Origin: Basidiobolus meristosporus CBS 931.73
Lineage: Eukaryota; Fungi; Basidiobolomycota
Assembly (NCBI GenBank): GCA_002104905.1
Contig: MCFE01000340.1
Coordinates: 1-64,000, forward strand
Length of the DNA stretch: 64,000 nucleotides
Direction of reading: 5' to 3'
Made by a program: the position numbers and the translations under genes. Under the pieces are notes generated by a model. That model saw only the letters and a program-made list of their open reading frames with translations, was not told where the DNA came from and did no database searches. This document shows, piece after piece, positions 1-13,182 of the stretch (positions are counted from its first letter, which is position 1; each line of letters opens with the position of its first letter).

Positions 1-1173
1 GTGGCGTGAGACCAATTCCCGTAATACTTAGACGTCATTGACTACTAGTTTCTGGAACCTCCCAGTCTTCTAGACCAGCGCTTGATGCTTGAAAATCGGC
101 TGCCCTTCTGTTTGATTAAAACGTACATGGCTGAGAGGAGAATCTCCACAACTTTTCTCACTAAAGTTCACTGGGGACCTGAAGCATGCGCCATTCCAAA
201 TGATGGATTGTTGCATTGAGAATACGTGTTGGAGACACCATTGGTGGATACACAAGTGTGGACATGTAATACGGGAATGATTGTCTGACTTAATATATTC
301 GATTCCTGCAGATTGAAGCATATGAGAGAACACTATGCATATGTACTGCACTCCGGATAATCGTTTAATCTACCCTTTTCTTTACCTTCAAATGACACTC
401 CGGTTTCAGCTGCAGAGTCTCTGTGTAGGCAATGAAGCACGAAATATCATGAAGGTGCTTCAAACCCAGACTTTGTGCTTCTGCTAGTGGCAAGCAGATG
501 TAGATTCTTAACATGTGAATGTCCCAGTGCTCATGTTTACTCAACCTACACCGATTTCTGGAATTACACACCTAGGGTTATATTACGGTTTACAATGAAT
601 GATCAATTTCATGTTGAATCCCAGAATCCGCACAAGTGTCACGTCAACGTTTCGGTGCAATCCATGTGTGTATCCATATTCGGTCGGAAAGCGATGCTGA
701 CTTGACTTTGGCCGTGATCTCCAATGTACGTAACTGATCCTACTGGTGATGGTGTCAAAAATATTCACTACTTATTTAGTTAGTATCACTTGATTAATGG
801 GCTTGCCTTTCACAGCTTTGAATACAGTACTATTTGCCAGTAAACATGACTATATCCGTATTCGACGGCTCGATGTTAACCCGGGATCCAGCTTGGGACT
901 AAGCAAGGAAAAAGATGGGATTGGAACGACGTAATCCCCCATGGTGTGGGTGCAGTAACATCCAATATCTATCAACTCGATAGTGGAATTGGGTTTACCA
1001 AAGCTGCATGTACCGCTTATCTAGTACGATTGGCTCCTGGCGCCTCGAAATCATTCTGCATGAAATTAACATACTTGGTTTCGAAAGCCGCCACTCTGGT
1101 GAGCGGTAAAAGTTCTAGAAAACGATTAAAGCCTTGACATGGCACAGTAGCCAACGGGAATGTCGTTAGATAT

Positions 1174-1179
1174 TATAAA
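1174..1179 (+). promoter_or_regulatory. TATA-like box upstream of the fumarate reductase gene
   Basis: TATAAA at 1174-1179, about 57 bp before the ATG at 1236. Position only; no functional evidence. Confidence 0.4.
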
Positions 1180-1235
1180 TATGATGCTGCAGTTCGAATT
1201 TAGTTCACTGAACTTCCCTTCCTTGCAATCTTACA

Positions 1236-2863
1236 ATGGTACAACCTACTTATGAGACCGCATCTGCTGGCATAATCGGCTCGCCAAGCCTCCCAAGGCC
1301 TTCAGTATTAATTGTTGGTGGTGGATTAGCTGGATTGTGTGCCGCTATTGAGGTGTATAGGAGCGGGGTAAATGTTTGCTTATTGGAGAAAGAGGCCAGA
1401 GTTGGAGGAAACTCAGCAAAAGCCTCTAGTGGAATTAACGGGGTCCCAACAGAAGCCCAAAAGGCGGCTGGGGTTGAAGATACAGTGGAAATGTTTTACA
1501 AGGTACTGCGTCACCTGACAACCTTACGTCCAGTATACAACCTAACCATCTTATTTGCTATTAGGATACTGAGAAATCCGGTGGTCAACTCTCAGTGCCA
1601 AGACTCATCAAAGTGCTAACCGATAGCAGCAAAGGGGCAGTGGAATGGTTAGGTACTTTTGATCCTTCAATCAAGCTAACTGTGCTATCACAATGCGGTG
1701 GACACAGTAGGCCACGAACACATAGATTAGCCGCGAAATCCCCAGGGGCCGCTCCTCTACCAATAGGATTTGGTTTAATCCAAACACTAAGTAACTATCT
1801 CACTACAGAGGCGGAGAAGTCAGAAGGCAGACTTCGAATTCAAACTTCTTGCACAGTTTCCAAGTTGCTTGTCAACTCTGACGGGGCTGTAACTGGGGTG
1901 AGAGTTGCTAAACGACTGGATAGTGGAGGTGAGGATGTTGGAGATGTAGAATGTGATGCGGTTGTATTATGCTCTGGTGGCTACGGGGCTAGCGCTGTCG
2001 TAGGAGATGTACAGCATTCGTTAGTCAATGAGTTTGCTCCGCATGTCCTTGGGCTTCCTACCACAAATGGGCCATGGGCTCAGGGGGATGGGATTAAACT
2101 TGCTCGTGACGAATCCATCAAAGCGGCACTAGTTCATATGGATCAGGTACAAGTTCACCCAACCGCGTACGTTCACCTTGAGGACCCTGGGAATGATACA
2201 AAATTCCTGGCGCCAGAGGCACTTCGTGGCCACGGAGGCGTCTTGCTCAATGGGGAAGGGAGAAGATTCGTCAACGAATTGGGCCCACGTGACTACGTCA
2301 CACAAACAATCTTCGAGAAAGCCAGTGGGCAGCATATGGCGCGTCCCATGGGTCTTGGTACGCTACCTTTAAAAGCGGCAGCCTTCTTGGTTCTATCAGA
2401 AAAAGCAGTGCAGGAATATGATCCAGCTACTGTTGGGTTCTACGTGAAACGTGGGTTGATTCATCAAGCCAGTGATTTGGATCAGCTTGCTTCTCAGCTC
2501 TCTGTAGATCCGGGTCTTTTGCGCGATACCTTCAAGGAATACGATGAATGTGTTTCAGGGAGTAAGAACGATATCTACGGAAAGAAAGTTTTCCCTGGCG
2601 AAATGGTGTCCGCCTCTGGTGGAGCGTATTATTGGGCCGTAATAACACCAGCAATCCACTACACAATGGGCGGGCTGGAGATCAATTCAAGTGCTGAAGT
2701 CTTAAACAACAATCATCAAGCAATACCTCACCTATTTGCTGCTGGAGAAGTGACCGGAGGTGTACACGGGAAAAATCGTCTGGCTGGCAACTCCCTTTTA
2801 GAGTGCGTTGTGTACGGTCGGATTGCGGGACAAAAAGCTGCTAGCCACGTACGCACTAAATAG
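1236..2863 (+). CDS. FRD1: Soluble FAD-dependent fumarate reductase (FRD1/OSM1 family), 521 aa; join(1236..1502,1565..2863)
   Basis: Motifs: Rossmann VLIVGGGLAGL, GGNSAKASSGING, QCGGHSRPR, QVQVHPT, LAPEALRGHGG, IHYTMGGL, LFAAGEVTGGVHGKNRLAGNSLLECVVYG. A 62-bp intron (GTACTG...CCTAAC...TTAG) joins the two ORFs in frame (MFYK|DTEKSGG). FRD1 versus OSM1 orthology is not resolvable by eye. Confidence 0.95.
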
Positions 2864-3182
2864 CAGGGTCTCCTTAGGAAGATGAAATCGGACTTGTGTA
2901 CATAATAAATTGACATCGCTGCAACAGCCACTCGCCATTGAGCAATAACACTCAGTTTACTCTAAGGCTCCATTGACTAAAATGGATTTTCACCGTCTCA
3001 TAATATCACTCGACTTGTACGGTCCGTTGATGTGGCTCCTGTCAAAAATACCCCAGAACGAGTTTGGTACTTACCATGTGTGGATAGCCTCCAGTTAAGA
3101 TAATTGATAACGATTAACTCTTTGGCTATAGTTTGTGGCAACAAGTTTAATAGCAAAGTGATAGGGGCTTTAACGATAAAGA

Positions 3183-3200
3183 CACTTGCACTTGCACTTG
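3183..3200. repeat. (CACTTG)3 hexamer microsatellite; each unit is a CANNTG E-box
   Basis: CACTTGCACTTGCACTTG at 3183-3200, about 240 bp downstream of the bHLH stop codon. Confidence 0.8.
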
Positions 3201-3443
3201 CTGAGGATGCTGATGCTATTCAAACACTAGTGGTTTCAGAAATATGGAACGAATTGAATTATATACTATGGGAACTAGATTAAAGCATGATGGGATTAAT
3301 AGAAAACGTGCAGTAGAGAAAGAGGGGGGTGGCGGTAAGATATGGTATTATAAATGTAAGACTCTGATATTGGCAACATGCTTGTTGAAGGTGGGTGGAT
3401 ATACCGAGGTCCCCAATACAGAGCCACTTTATCGTAGCATGGG

Positions 3444-4957
3444 TCATGTTCTGTTGCAATCTTGAAGCATGATGCGCAGCCGCTCTATCTCCTGATCCTT
3501 TTCATACAGTTCAGTTTGAAGCGTCTTCACATGCTCAACGACTAGTTATATATTAATGTTAGAATGGTTCGACTTGGTGACGTTGGCTAATGCTACCTTG
3601 TCTTAAAAGCACCAGCTTGTTAGCTCTTTTCTGGGATGCACCAGGAATGATGTCTTTAAGTTCGTTCAGGCAATCCTTGAACGCATCACGCCTCTGTTGC
3701 TCAGCAGTACGATGGTAGATTCTTCGTAGGTACCATGGATTTTGCCTAATTAGAAATACGTTGGGTAAATAAGATACCCAGCATGTTGCTTAGAGTATTG
3801 TTACCGACTTTTGTTGCGAGCTAGTGCAAGTTTCAGGGTCAGTTTCACTGTTAGTGGTTGGGCCATCTGGTAATATTGGACGCAGATCACTTGATTTGCG
3901 TCTTGGACTGGCTTGCTGTGCAATTGAGGATCTTCTGGTACTGGTGCCATCTTCCCCCTCAGCCATCGAGAGTGAAGACTGGTTCGATATCAGGCCGGCT
4001 GGTTGCTGCACTAGTGGCTGGAGATTGTTGACAAGCACGGGGTTTAGGTTCGGTGATACGCTGCGAAGATCATGGTTGTGGTGGTAATCATTATGAGGTG
4101 AGGCTGTGGTGGGTGTGGGAACTGGGCTTGGAATGGATGTGGAATGGGATGGATTTGGTTTGGCGTGTGGGTTTATACTGAGATTGTGACTAGGTTGGGG
4201 CCTAAGGTTTGGGTGATGATGGTACTCTTGGGACTCGCTGGATAGGGAAGAGAATGAAGAGTTATGCTGATGAATTTCGGAGGAGGATTCCATTAAGTAT
4301 TCTGAAACAAGGAAATGCACAAGAGTGTAAGTGATGGGGCCTAGGGAAATGGAGCATCCGACGCTACTTACGAGAGGGGGTCAGTGAGTGTGAACGGTTG
4401 GGGCTCACCGAGTTCAAGCTGTATGAGTATTCTGGCATGGTATTCTCATGAAAGGAATGGGAGGATATGACCGGCAGTAGCTCAGGATTCTGGGTGGGAT
4501 AGTGGTGAACAACAGAGTGAGGTGGAGGAGAATGATACTTGGTCTCGACATTCTTGGTGTTCCCTTGTGCCCCTCTAGAGAGCCAACTCTGAAACTGACA
4601 AGAGTCGAGTGGCATCATGTCAGAAGGGAATGAATGGTCAAACCGGTCGCTCATGGTCGATGCCAGATATTGGTGGGATGAGGGTATGTGGGAGTCTGAA
4701 TATACGAGATATGCTGCCTGATCACTTTCGCAAAGTGGGATCTAGAGCAAGTGAGGATTGCAGGAGGTAATAGGACCACTTTAGTACGCAAGTAGGGAAT
4801 CAATTTCTTCGGGTCCCTTGTAAAGGAGGATAAATACCTTGGGCAAAGTTGGATCTGAACTTTGGGGGATCTGCTGGGTAGGCATTCCCTCACTTTTTAA
4901 ATATCCGAGCCAAGTGGAATCCTGAGTCATCGGGCTCGAATTAGACGGATGAGACAT
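3444..4957 (-). CDS. bHLH-leucine zipper transcription factor, about 409 aa; complement(join(3444..3541,3597..3745,3809..4301,4372..4741,4838..4957))
   Basis: Spliced C-terminus LRRIYHRTAEQQRRDAFKDCLNELKDIIPGASQKRANKLVLLRQVVEHVKTLQTELYEKDQEIERLRIML is a basic region with H-x3-E-x3-R, an HLH and a zipper. Four GT-AG introns of 55, 63, 70 and 96 bp give a 1230-nt frame. The first exon and the GTCGGT donor at 3808 are less certain. Confidence 0.85.
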
Positions 4958-5299
4958 ACGAACGCTATGAACAAATGAGATGCCGTCTGGGTGTTGGTTT
5001 AAATGAAGGGGAATCAAGCTGAGGCTACAGTGCAAAGTCGATGGTAGTTGGTTCGCGATTCGAGCCAGAATCAAAAATAGCAAATAAATATCAGTGGTCC
5101 AAGAGAATGACTGAAATGACAATGACAAGACCAATATGCGTTTTCTGGGGCTTTTAAGTGTTTTGCTAAGCTCGTAGAGACCCGAAAAAGCAATTCGGGA
5201 TTCAATGGATGCTATATTAATAAGGATCCTGACTACCTTATACTCAATAGCAATCCACATCATGATGTAGCAACCAACCCTTCATATTTATGTTGCTAC

Positions 5300-8200
5300 A
5301 TTGGGTAAGCAATATATTTGATGACCCTGTTTTCAGCATGGGGATTACTAACGAATGATATTTCTATAATCACAAAGATCTGATTGTGGACTGCTTCGAT
5401 CTTATCTCGTTATCACTCGCCTTGATTGAAGCTGAGTAACTTCACGCAGTATCATAGAGGCACCTGTGCTTCCTTCGCATACGGCTCGATGTCCTCGAAG
5501 ACCGCCATGATGGCTGTACTACGGCCCAACGTCGGGAATCAAGTGTGGCCCCAGTAAAAGGATGATGGCGAGTGTGGACCCTCCTATACGGCTGTTTGTT
5601 TTGGAGCTCCCTTGCTAAGCATCTGCAAAAGCAGATCGATCGTAGGGAATTTTATCTCTTACACGATGGTTATTCGAACAGACCCTCCCAAATGCGACCT
5701 AATTCAATGGGCCCCTTCTTATCATGCTGAGGAGCTCAAACATTGCATTCTGAGTGCGAACACCCCTTACGAATCACACGATTGGCCGCTGCTCTCTGGC
5801 CATACTATAACAACTCTAACCTTGTTTGCACAACAAGCATGGGTATTCAGCGAATTGCTGGAATAATTATGCGTTCGCAACAATGGCATTGGCCCCCTTT
5901 CAGCACAGTACGAACAAGCCCAACGGTTCAGTCCTAAGCTGGCAAGCCACACGATTTAGCCAAAGAGGATTTCCGATAGGTGAGATGGGCATTTCTGGTT
6001 GAATATAGCCATAAAAGAACCCAACGATGTAATGCTAAGATCGTTTGGCTCTATGTCAGCAACGTTGCTGTTGGCCAAGGGAAATTATAACACCGCTGAT
6101 GCAAGTGATTAGCCCAAATCAAATGACTTATTGTACATAATAAATGCTTCCAACCAACTAGTGGAGAGTCCAGCGCAGAAAGAAGCACAGAGAAGCACAA
6201 GATATTTGGATTCGCACCAGAATTAGAACATTCGGTAATAGCACGCTCTGAGACCTATTCTCCTGAGTGATCATGACCACCCCATCAGTGCATACACTAC
6301 TCTTGGATCTCATCCACCTACCCATATGAAACACTTCCTCATGCCACGCACCAACTCGACTTGAGTCTTTCTAGATTCCACCGAGGCTCTGACCTTTTGT
6401 ACGTATTGCCCACATTACCGCCAGAAGCCAATGGCACCCCACCAGCCTTGGATATTATAATCGCATGTTACGCAAACGGATTTCAATGCTCAACCCAAGA
6501 ACCGTTTATGTGCAGACAAAAATGGCAAAGCGACGCGGCCAACAGAGTTAACATTAATTCAATTCTAGGTACACCTAAGGTCGCACCGATTAATTACGGT
6601 GTTCGTGAGAAGGAAATTTCTCTTGCTGGCATACAATCCCAATTACTGAGGCCTATCAACTGCTGCTTGACCCTCTGCTACTCTAAATAGGACACCTGTA
6701 CCTGTTTGAATTCTTCTGATTCTAACACTGATCACGATGGCAGACGCCATTCCTGACGACTCTATGCAGGCCTCTTCGAGATGTTGACAAGTAATTCGGC
6801 CTAGCAACGTCAGAGTAGTGTTAGGATGTTTATGAATGAATCAAAGCTCAGGGGCCCAATGAAAGTCGGCAGGATGAAGTAGCTAAGACGGTGCTTGTCA
6901 TTCTCAATTGGTAATGACGGACAAAGCCTATGATCGATAATGGCATTTCAAGTGAACTGGCCAGAGTTGATGTGTAACCCAGGTACGGCAAAATAGAACC
7001 TCACTTTATTTGATCTCAAATGTTTCAACCATTTCCATTCCACTTCACAATCAGGGTTCAACCTTATCGAAATCACCCGATCAATACACTGTATTGGTGG
7101 GTGTATTCATTAGTCGACGTAGAGGAGCCCAGCCCACCGGCACACAAGAAGGTGCTTCACGCCTACCGCCGCCTGCGACCGGAAACACAGCGGCTTTCCG
7201 AAGCCGGAGACTAACCCCGGAGCAGGCTGTAGTAGCCAACGTTTGACTGGGCTGAAGGGACGTAGCATACGAGATCTGATCACTGGACATGGTGACATAT
7301 GGGTCATCCGCGGATTCAAGATTAAGTTACAAATATTACATGTTGAAAGCAGCCACATGAGTGACCAACTGATATGCTCCGGGTTTAAAAGTCGATCAAT
7401 ATCGATTGATTTCATGGAAAATCCGGTTTTTCCTGAACACACAATGAGCCAGCTGGATCGCTTTCATTTCTGTATGGTCGAATCAGTAATTGCTTGGCGC
7501 ACTTGTCCAAACATGGGAAGTATGCAACAAACATGAATAGGATTAGAGTAGGTGACGCTTGATGGAATGTGATCATGTTCGTCAGCGTCCAATCGTGTTC
7601 TGGGACTTCCCTGGGTCGACTAGTCGTTGGTAGGTTGTTGTTCCAGCTCTGGGCCACGATTGGTGCGAGCGCTCAGTATGTTGCAGATAACCCATCGCGA
7701 TCTGGTACGCTGGGTTACGTTCGGCGACCCCGATATCGCAACTGAACCTGGGCTCCAAGCCTGAGTAATTCGATGCCCACAAGCCTTAATCCATATAGGG
7801 ACCTATATCGCCGCTACTTCATCGGAGCCAAGCTAGGATCACGTCGTTTGTAACACCAATAAGAAAGGGTGCAGTCACCCTGCGAATATCCAGCTTGTAT
7901 CCAACACACTGGTTGCGCGCAAATGACCAATCCTGTATGAAAGGAGCAACTATTCACTCTGACCTGTATGTGCCATTGGTAGACGGCCCGCTGCCAATAT
8001 GGGACCGACCATTGTTCATCCATGTGTCGATGTTCCAAGTGGTGTTTCAGCTAGCAAATGTTGCGCTCCCAGCTGCATACTCAAGTGACTTGACCCATGA
8101 TCCCAGTGGCCATGAGGCAATTGGGTGGTAGCCATTGCCTTGGTAATCGTCAGGGTCCAGTCCTCTGCCTGAGTCATGAGCGCATGTTTGAGACGCGGAT

Positions 8201-11200
8201 GTAATACCACCGGGATTTCTCCACATTGCGCTTCATCGCAAAAGCCACTGAGACTATCTTCGAGGACATGATGCACTAATCGGATTTATTGCACATATAC
8301 AGATATATTTATTTCATGGAGAGCAATGCAAGCTGGCATTTCCAGCACACCAATCGCAGCAGAAAACCGGATGTTATTTTTTCCTGTACATGAGACAAGC
8401 CAGAATCGAAGTAGCGCTCTGGTCCTATCCCTTTTTAGGTAATGGCTGTATTCCCTGAGATTGAGTTGTTACATTGCTTACGGAACTCACTGCGCTGGCA
8501 CCATTGAGGAAAGCACAGGTTTAAGAAAGTCCTTGGAGCCTTCAGCCGCTGTGCGACAGCTTTCTGCCGCAGCTAATCATGTTCGAACGGATCTTCTATT
8601 TGATTGTACTGATAGTCGTCCGAAGCAAGATAAGGAGCTGTTTGGCTTCATTAGCACCTCTGCATCCAAAGAAACCCGCGACGGGTAAAGGTAATTTCTG
8701 AATCCTAGCACAGCCGTACCACAGGACAGTCAGAGCAGGCTAGAGTTACGCAAGGAGCCTAATGTAGCACCTGTGGCACGGTTGTGCTCTATGAGAGCCA
8801 TTTCGGACAGCCTAACTTTCTGGCAGATGTGCCAGGCGGATGGCGTTTCTCACTGGCATGGTTCATCGAATTCTCACACATCGTATCTGTTACCAAGGAT
8901 AAGGTCCAAGTGCGGTTTCGATATTTAGTGATTCCGCAACCTAGGTAACTCTCGATATGGTGGGCAGACAGCCGCTGCCCAATCGTGGCCCGCTTGAGTA
9001 GAAAGTTATGAAAATTCATCCCACAATCCCTATTCCGGAAGCAATAAGGAACAGCATATCTTCCCAGAATAGCCTGCAGCGATTTATTTGGTGGGCTGGG
9101 GATGTCCAGTTCGCACAATAGCATCTCCATATCGTTTGTACGGATCTGATTTCCCACCCAAGCCAATGCCAACCCCCACGCCCCTCGGTCGAAGCTCAGA
9201 CACCAGGCGGGTACCGAAAACCAGCAGGTGTTTTCGAGCTGGCGAAGATCCTTTGATTGGCACTGGTTTGTCCAACAGGAAGCGATTTTGCTTGGTGTAT
9301 CGGATGATGGGCGCGCAACCGTGATTGGCCTAGGGAGGTGCCTCAATGACCCTGAACGATGAATTCGTCATAAAAATAGCAATCGTCTTGTCTGACACAT
9401 ATAGCACCACCCCCAAGGCGATCCTCCGCAATTTGTGATGAAGGAAAGCTCACATAATGGCTCCCGACAATAAATGAGATCAAAAACTAGTCAGTGAGGC
9501 TCGGATATTGGTTTCCCTTGAGCCTTATGACTCATGAAATGATCCTACGTGGTCGGGGATTGTTTACGCTTCGAAGCCATGCCTATGGTCGATGATAGCT
9601 CTCGATAATGAGCTTGTGATAATGAACTCATCAGTGCGTATTTGATTGGTAGCACAAGGCTTGGGTTTCGTCAACACATCGATGACTTTGGACACCGCCG
9701 ACGATTGGCCAAGCCATGGATCCCTCATCATCTGATCCATACCAGGGGATTCGAGTGAACTATACCTTGGTACGCTCATCCCCAACAGGTGAAACAGCGC
9801 GGTCTGGGGTGCAACACGACAAGGACATGCTGGCTGAGCTGCCGGAGAATTACACCCCGGTGAATGGCCACTGGATCTTCCAGAGAAGTGCTAGGGAGCC
9901 ATCCAGAGTGACAGCCAGTGCTACCAGCGATGAGACCTGAATCACCGGGGATTTCATGGTAGAGCACTGCCACCGTTGAAACCGCCTCACTGATTAGGTT
10001 TGGCGCTAACATCCTGAACAACAAATGGGTGAGCTGACTTGGTTACACCGAAATTGGTCCCTCATCGGTGAATTCCCCTGGTAATCCATGGGCAGGCCGG
10101 TAAATTACCCCTGGATCACCGCAAGCTCGCTGGATGAAACATACCGCCCCCTGAATTTCGCTGGGACTACAAATCAGTGCGAACGTGAGCGGATCTATCT
10201 TCTGGTTGATGGAAATTTACAAATACACTGCATTGAACTAGATGAAGGTGCGTCCAAGCCCATCGACCAGCCCAGCTTATAGGCAAGGGGAGTAACACAA
10301 GCCTATGGAGACCACTGTGACACGTTGCGGCTTTGATTGGAAAGCCAGGTTGGCCTTACTGCCAGTGAGAATTCCACATCCGGGCGATTACGATGAAGCG
10401 TATTTTTAAGCTTCCGAAATCGTCTAACGCATGATGCTCATCTCGGGTGGTTTACGTAAGTGGCGATGGACGTTGGTGAGCTGCCGGTGGGTTTTTTGGT
10501 GACGGCGGGGAAATTCCATTTGCCACATTCCACCGACCTTGGCATATCGCATGTGCTCTCAATCGGCCATCCTCTCTCAGCTCCCAACCGCCCCAGAGGC
10601 CTCCGATGGGATAGGGGATTGTATGTCTCCTATTCTGGCCATCCCGATGATGATCCATATCCCACCTACCCCGAACGATAGTGTGTAGAGAGTGGTTGAA
10701 ACCTGTTCAAAGGATTGGCGCAACCAGACTGCAACCATGTGGGTCAATGCAACTTAGGGGAGACCACATCCTTAAACGCGATTCCCTCTTGGCGTTGTGA
10801 CAGCCAGATAATCATTGCCAATGCCTTTTGGGGCACTTCTCCCCGTTGACCACAAGCAAACTTCGTCACAAGAGCTGTGCTCGGGTAAGGCTGCTGGAGT
10901 GGCCAGACCCTTCCCTACAGGACAATGGATAGACCGAAGTGTTTGTGAGTGCCCTTTAACTCACCAAGTGCTGATCTTTACGAATAGTTTATTGCATGTG
11001 GGGTGGGATTTAAGTTTGATCTAGCGGCGGGAGTGATGGCACCGTTCCACTCTGAGTTCTTATCAGCAACGCTGTACCAGCTGAAAAATATGTTGCTAAT
11101 GATAGCCTTGTGCGGTTTCTCGCTCGTTTGGTATGTTTCGAATGCTTGGTTAGATACGAGCTTGGGATTTGATAGATAGCTGGTGAGAAATCTGGCTTTG

Positions 11201-12380
11201 GGAGGATTTTTTTGGCACCGCTGTTCATGATGAGAGTTCTTTACGTGTGGTTATGGTATCTATAACCGAGCTGAGCGGTGTAGTTCGACGGTAATCTCCG
11301 GGAGTTCTGGAGACTTGCTTGTTGCTGTCCCGTCTGAGATGTGTGAATCCTCTGAGGATCTTGATTTTCCTCAAACGATCTAAAACCTCCTACAGTCCGC
11401 CGAAAATATTCCACGTTCTTCTAGAGCCTAGTCCCTACGTGGGTATTTTTACGGAGATCTATTTCCAGTCAAGGTACTTTGTTTCGGCTCGATGACCATC
11501 AACGAAACGAGCGGTTGTTTCGAACACATTCATCTCTCCAGGCAGTTTCGTGCCGAACGCGAGTTAGGCAATCCATCACGAACGCCATGAGTGAGTATTC
11601 TCCCCCATGAGTAATCAGCTGGGCCCACCACATTCCCTGCTCAGCCAAAGGGGAACCCACCAACTTGGAAGAAATACTAATCACCATCTGAAGCTGCCCT
11701 GAGTGGAGTCGGTTTCGGGATAATGGGTCTATTCCTTCTCTGGTACCCCCGCAGTATCCATCACTGTGAGAAAAGTCTGGGAAGCATCCATATTTTCTGG
11801 GGACCCGAAGCGAATGGAATTAAATCGGTGAGTGTGATTTTCCCATTGACCACTTGACTGGAAGGACTCCAATGCGGGGAAATGAAGGTCTGCGGTGATT
11901 CTGAGGGCCAAAAATCGGCTTGATTCGAAGATGTTTCTCCGATTCAAATCTCTCTTTAGATGTAGATCACAAGCAAAGGCTCAAATGGAATCCTTCCATC
12001 TTTATCTTGGATTGATACTGGTATCTGTTCCCGATCTTTCCTCCCTAAAGGGCTAACCAGCGAGTTTTTTTTTTCGCAGGGATCAAATTAACTCTGAGTC
12101 ACCATATTGAGTCTCAAGACATTTGAAGGTGGATTTGTGACATGTCGGCGCGTGCTGTGCAGCCAGTCTCCACCCATTTGTATGTGCAGAACATTCCAAT
12201 ATTCCCCTCGCCCGTTATCTCCATGGTTTTCGCGAGCGGGCAGGAACTCGTCAAGCTCCCCAACTGATCATGGTACTGAGAGTAGGGACGGGGCTTTTTG
12301 TTGCGGTCATCAACATGGGTGCTTGGTATATGGTGTCTAGGTAGCTTCTATGAATCCTAGCTTTCAATTTGTTAAGTGGC
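5300..12380. other. Unresolved CpG-retaining region with only short, stop-interrupted frames; possibly an ancient decayed non-LTR retroelement or a cryptic multi-exon gene
   Basis: No ORF over 190 aa and no convincing family motif. Weak minus-strand look-alikes are AGFFGCRGANEAKQLL (~8670), GYSQGD/PFLIGVTNDVILAWLR (~7880) and WKWLKHLRSNKVRF...LCP (~7040-6930), but the spacing does not fit a LINE ORF2 well. Confidence 0.2.
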
Positions 12381-12384
12381 AACG

Positions 12385-12832
12385 AAACATCAGGCAGCTG
12401 GAGGAGTGCCAGTGAGGGATAGGCTGGCAGAAATCAAAAGTAGGTGAACTGGTAAAGTCAGTAAGTACAGAGACTAAAAAATTGCAATAGCCCACCAGTT
12501 TTTTTCAACAATTACTAAAGGTGTCATCACAGAATCAATACCTCTTGGTGATTGGATATGAGTTTTGTTAGGGCCTTTTGACAGGATCATTGCATTTATT
12601 ACTCATAGACAGTAGAGATCCCACCTGTGAACAAAGTAACAATGTCCAGAAGTTGAAGGTTCATCAGTTACCTGCAGCAGAATTTTGGCACAGTTACTCA
12701 CATGACCAAAGGTTGAAGCACTTCTTCCAGAGCAGTGTCAAAGCACTTGGGTTTTGCCTGCATATATCTTGAGAACCAATGAAAAAGGTCCTGGAGCTAA
12801 AGACTGAGATGTGTGTGCACTAGCAAACAAAC
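12385..12832 (+). repeat. Family C repeat, left half of a copy split by the copia insertion
   Basis: Similar to 44030-44870 (e.g. caggcagctggaggagtgccagtgagggatagg; aaaggttgaagcacttcttccagagcagtg). Resumes at 19788 after TSD CAAAC. Confidence 0.75.
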
Positions 12833-13182
12833 TGTAGTAAGAGTCTTGGGGAAATTGGAAGTGATTGGGAGAATAAGTTGATTATCTGGCTTTCACATAA
12901 TGCTTTACTGAATGTAAAAGTAGCACTTATACTTTAGCAGGGTTTTGGCATAACAGACCCATAAAATAGACTTAGGAAGGTCCCAAAAACTTGTGTGCAA
13001 AGTTTGGGGCTATTTGGACAACTTTGAGAATTTGCATGTTTTGAGTACCTGAAATTTTGGTGAAAATATTTTGAGTATACCCCACTAAGGAATTTGGTTG
13101 GGATACTCTTAGATTTGTACGTCATGATCTAAGTGACCAAGCTGAGCAAATATTTAGGTGGAACTACAGATTTTTTACAAGA
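12833..13182 (-). repeat. Copia 3' LTR (LTR family A), 350 bp
   Basis: TGTAGTAA...TTACAAGA, degenerate from TGTTGTAA...TTACAACA. Homologous to 19557-19787, 20202-20549 and 43298-~43590. Confidence 0.85.

Noticed and set aside
1-1130. Short ORFs upstream of the fumarate reductase as a gene
   Set aside because: All are under 95 aa with no recognisable motif, and no consistent splice path could be built. The 3' end of an off-window gene cannot be excluded.
6930-9600. AIIDHR appearing twice in minus-strand translations (~6940 and ~9590) as a duplicated domain
   Set aside because: The flanks are not similar, and a six-residue match is expected by chance across six frames of several kb.
10815-11024. 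ORF listed as minus strand in the track
   Set aside because: The given peptide matches the plus strand at 10815. It has no motif either way and was not used.
11270-11360. tRNA-like start GCGGTGTAGTTCGACGGTAA
   Set aside because: There is no TTCRA T-loop, acceptor stem or cloverleaf downstream.
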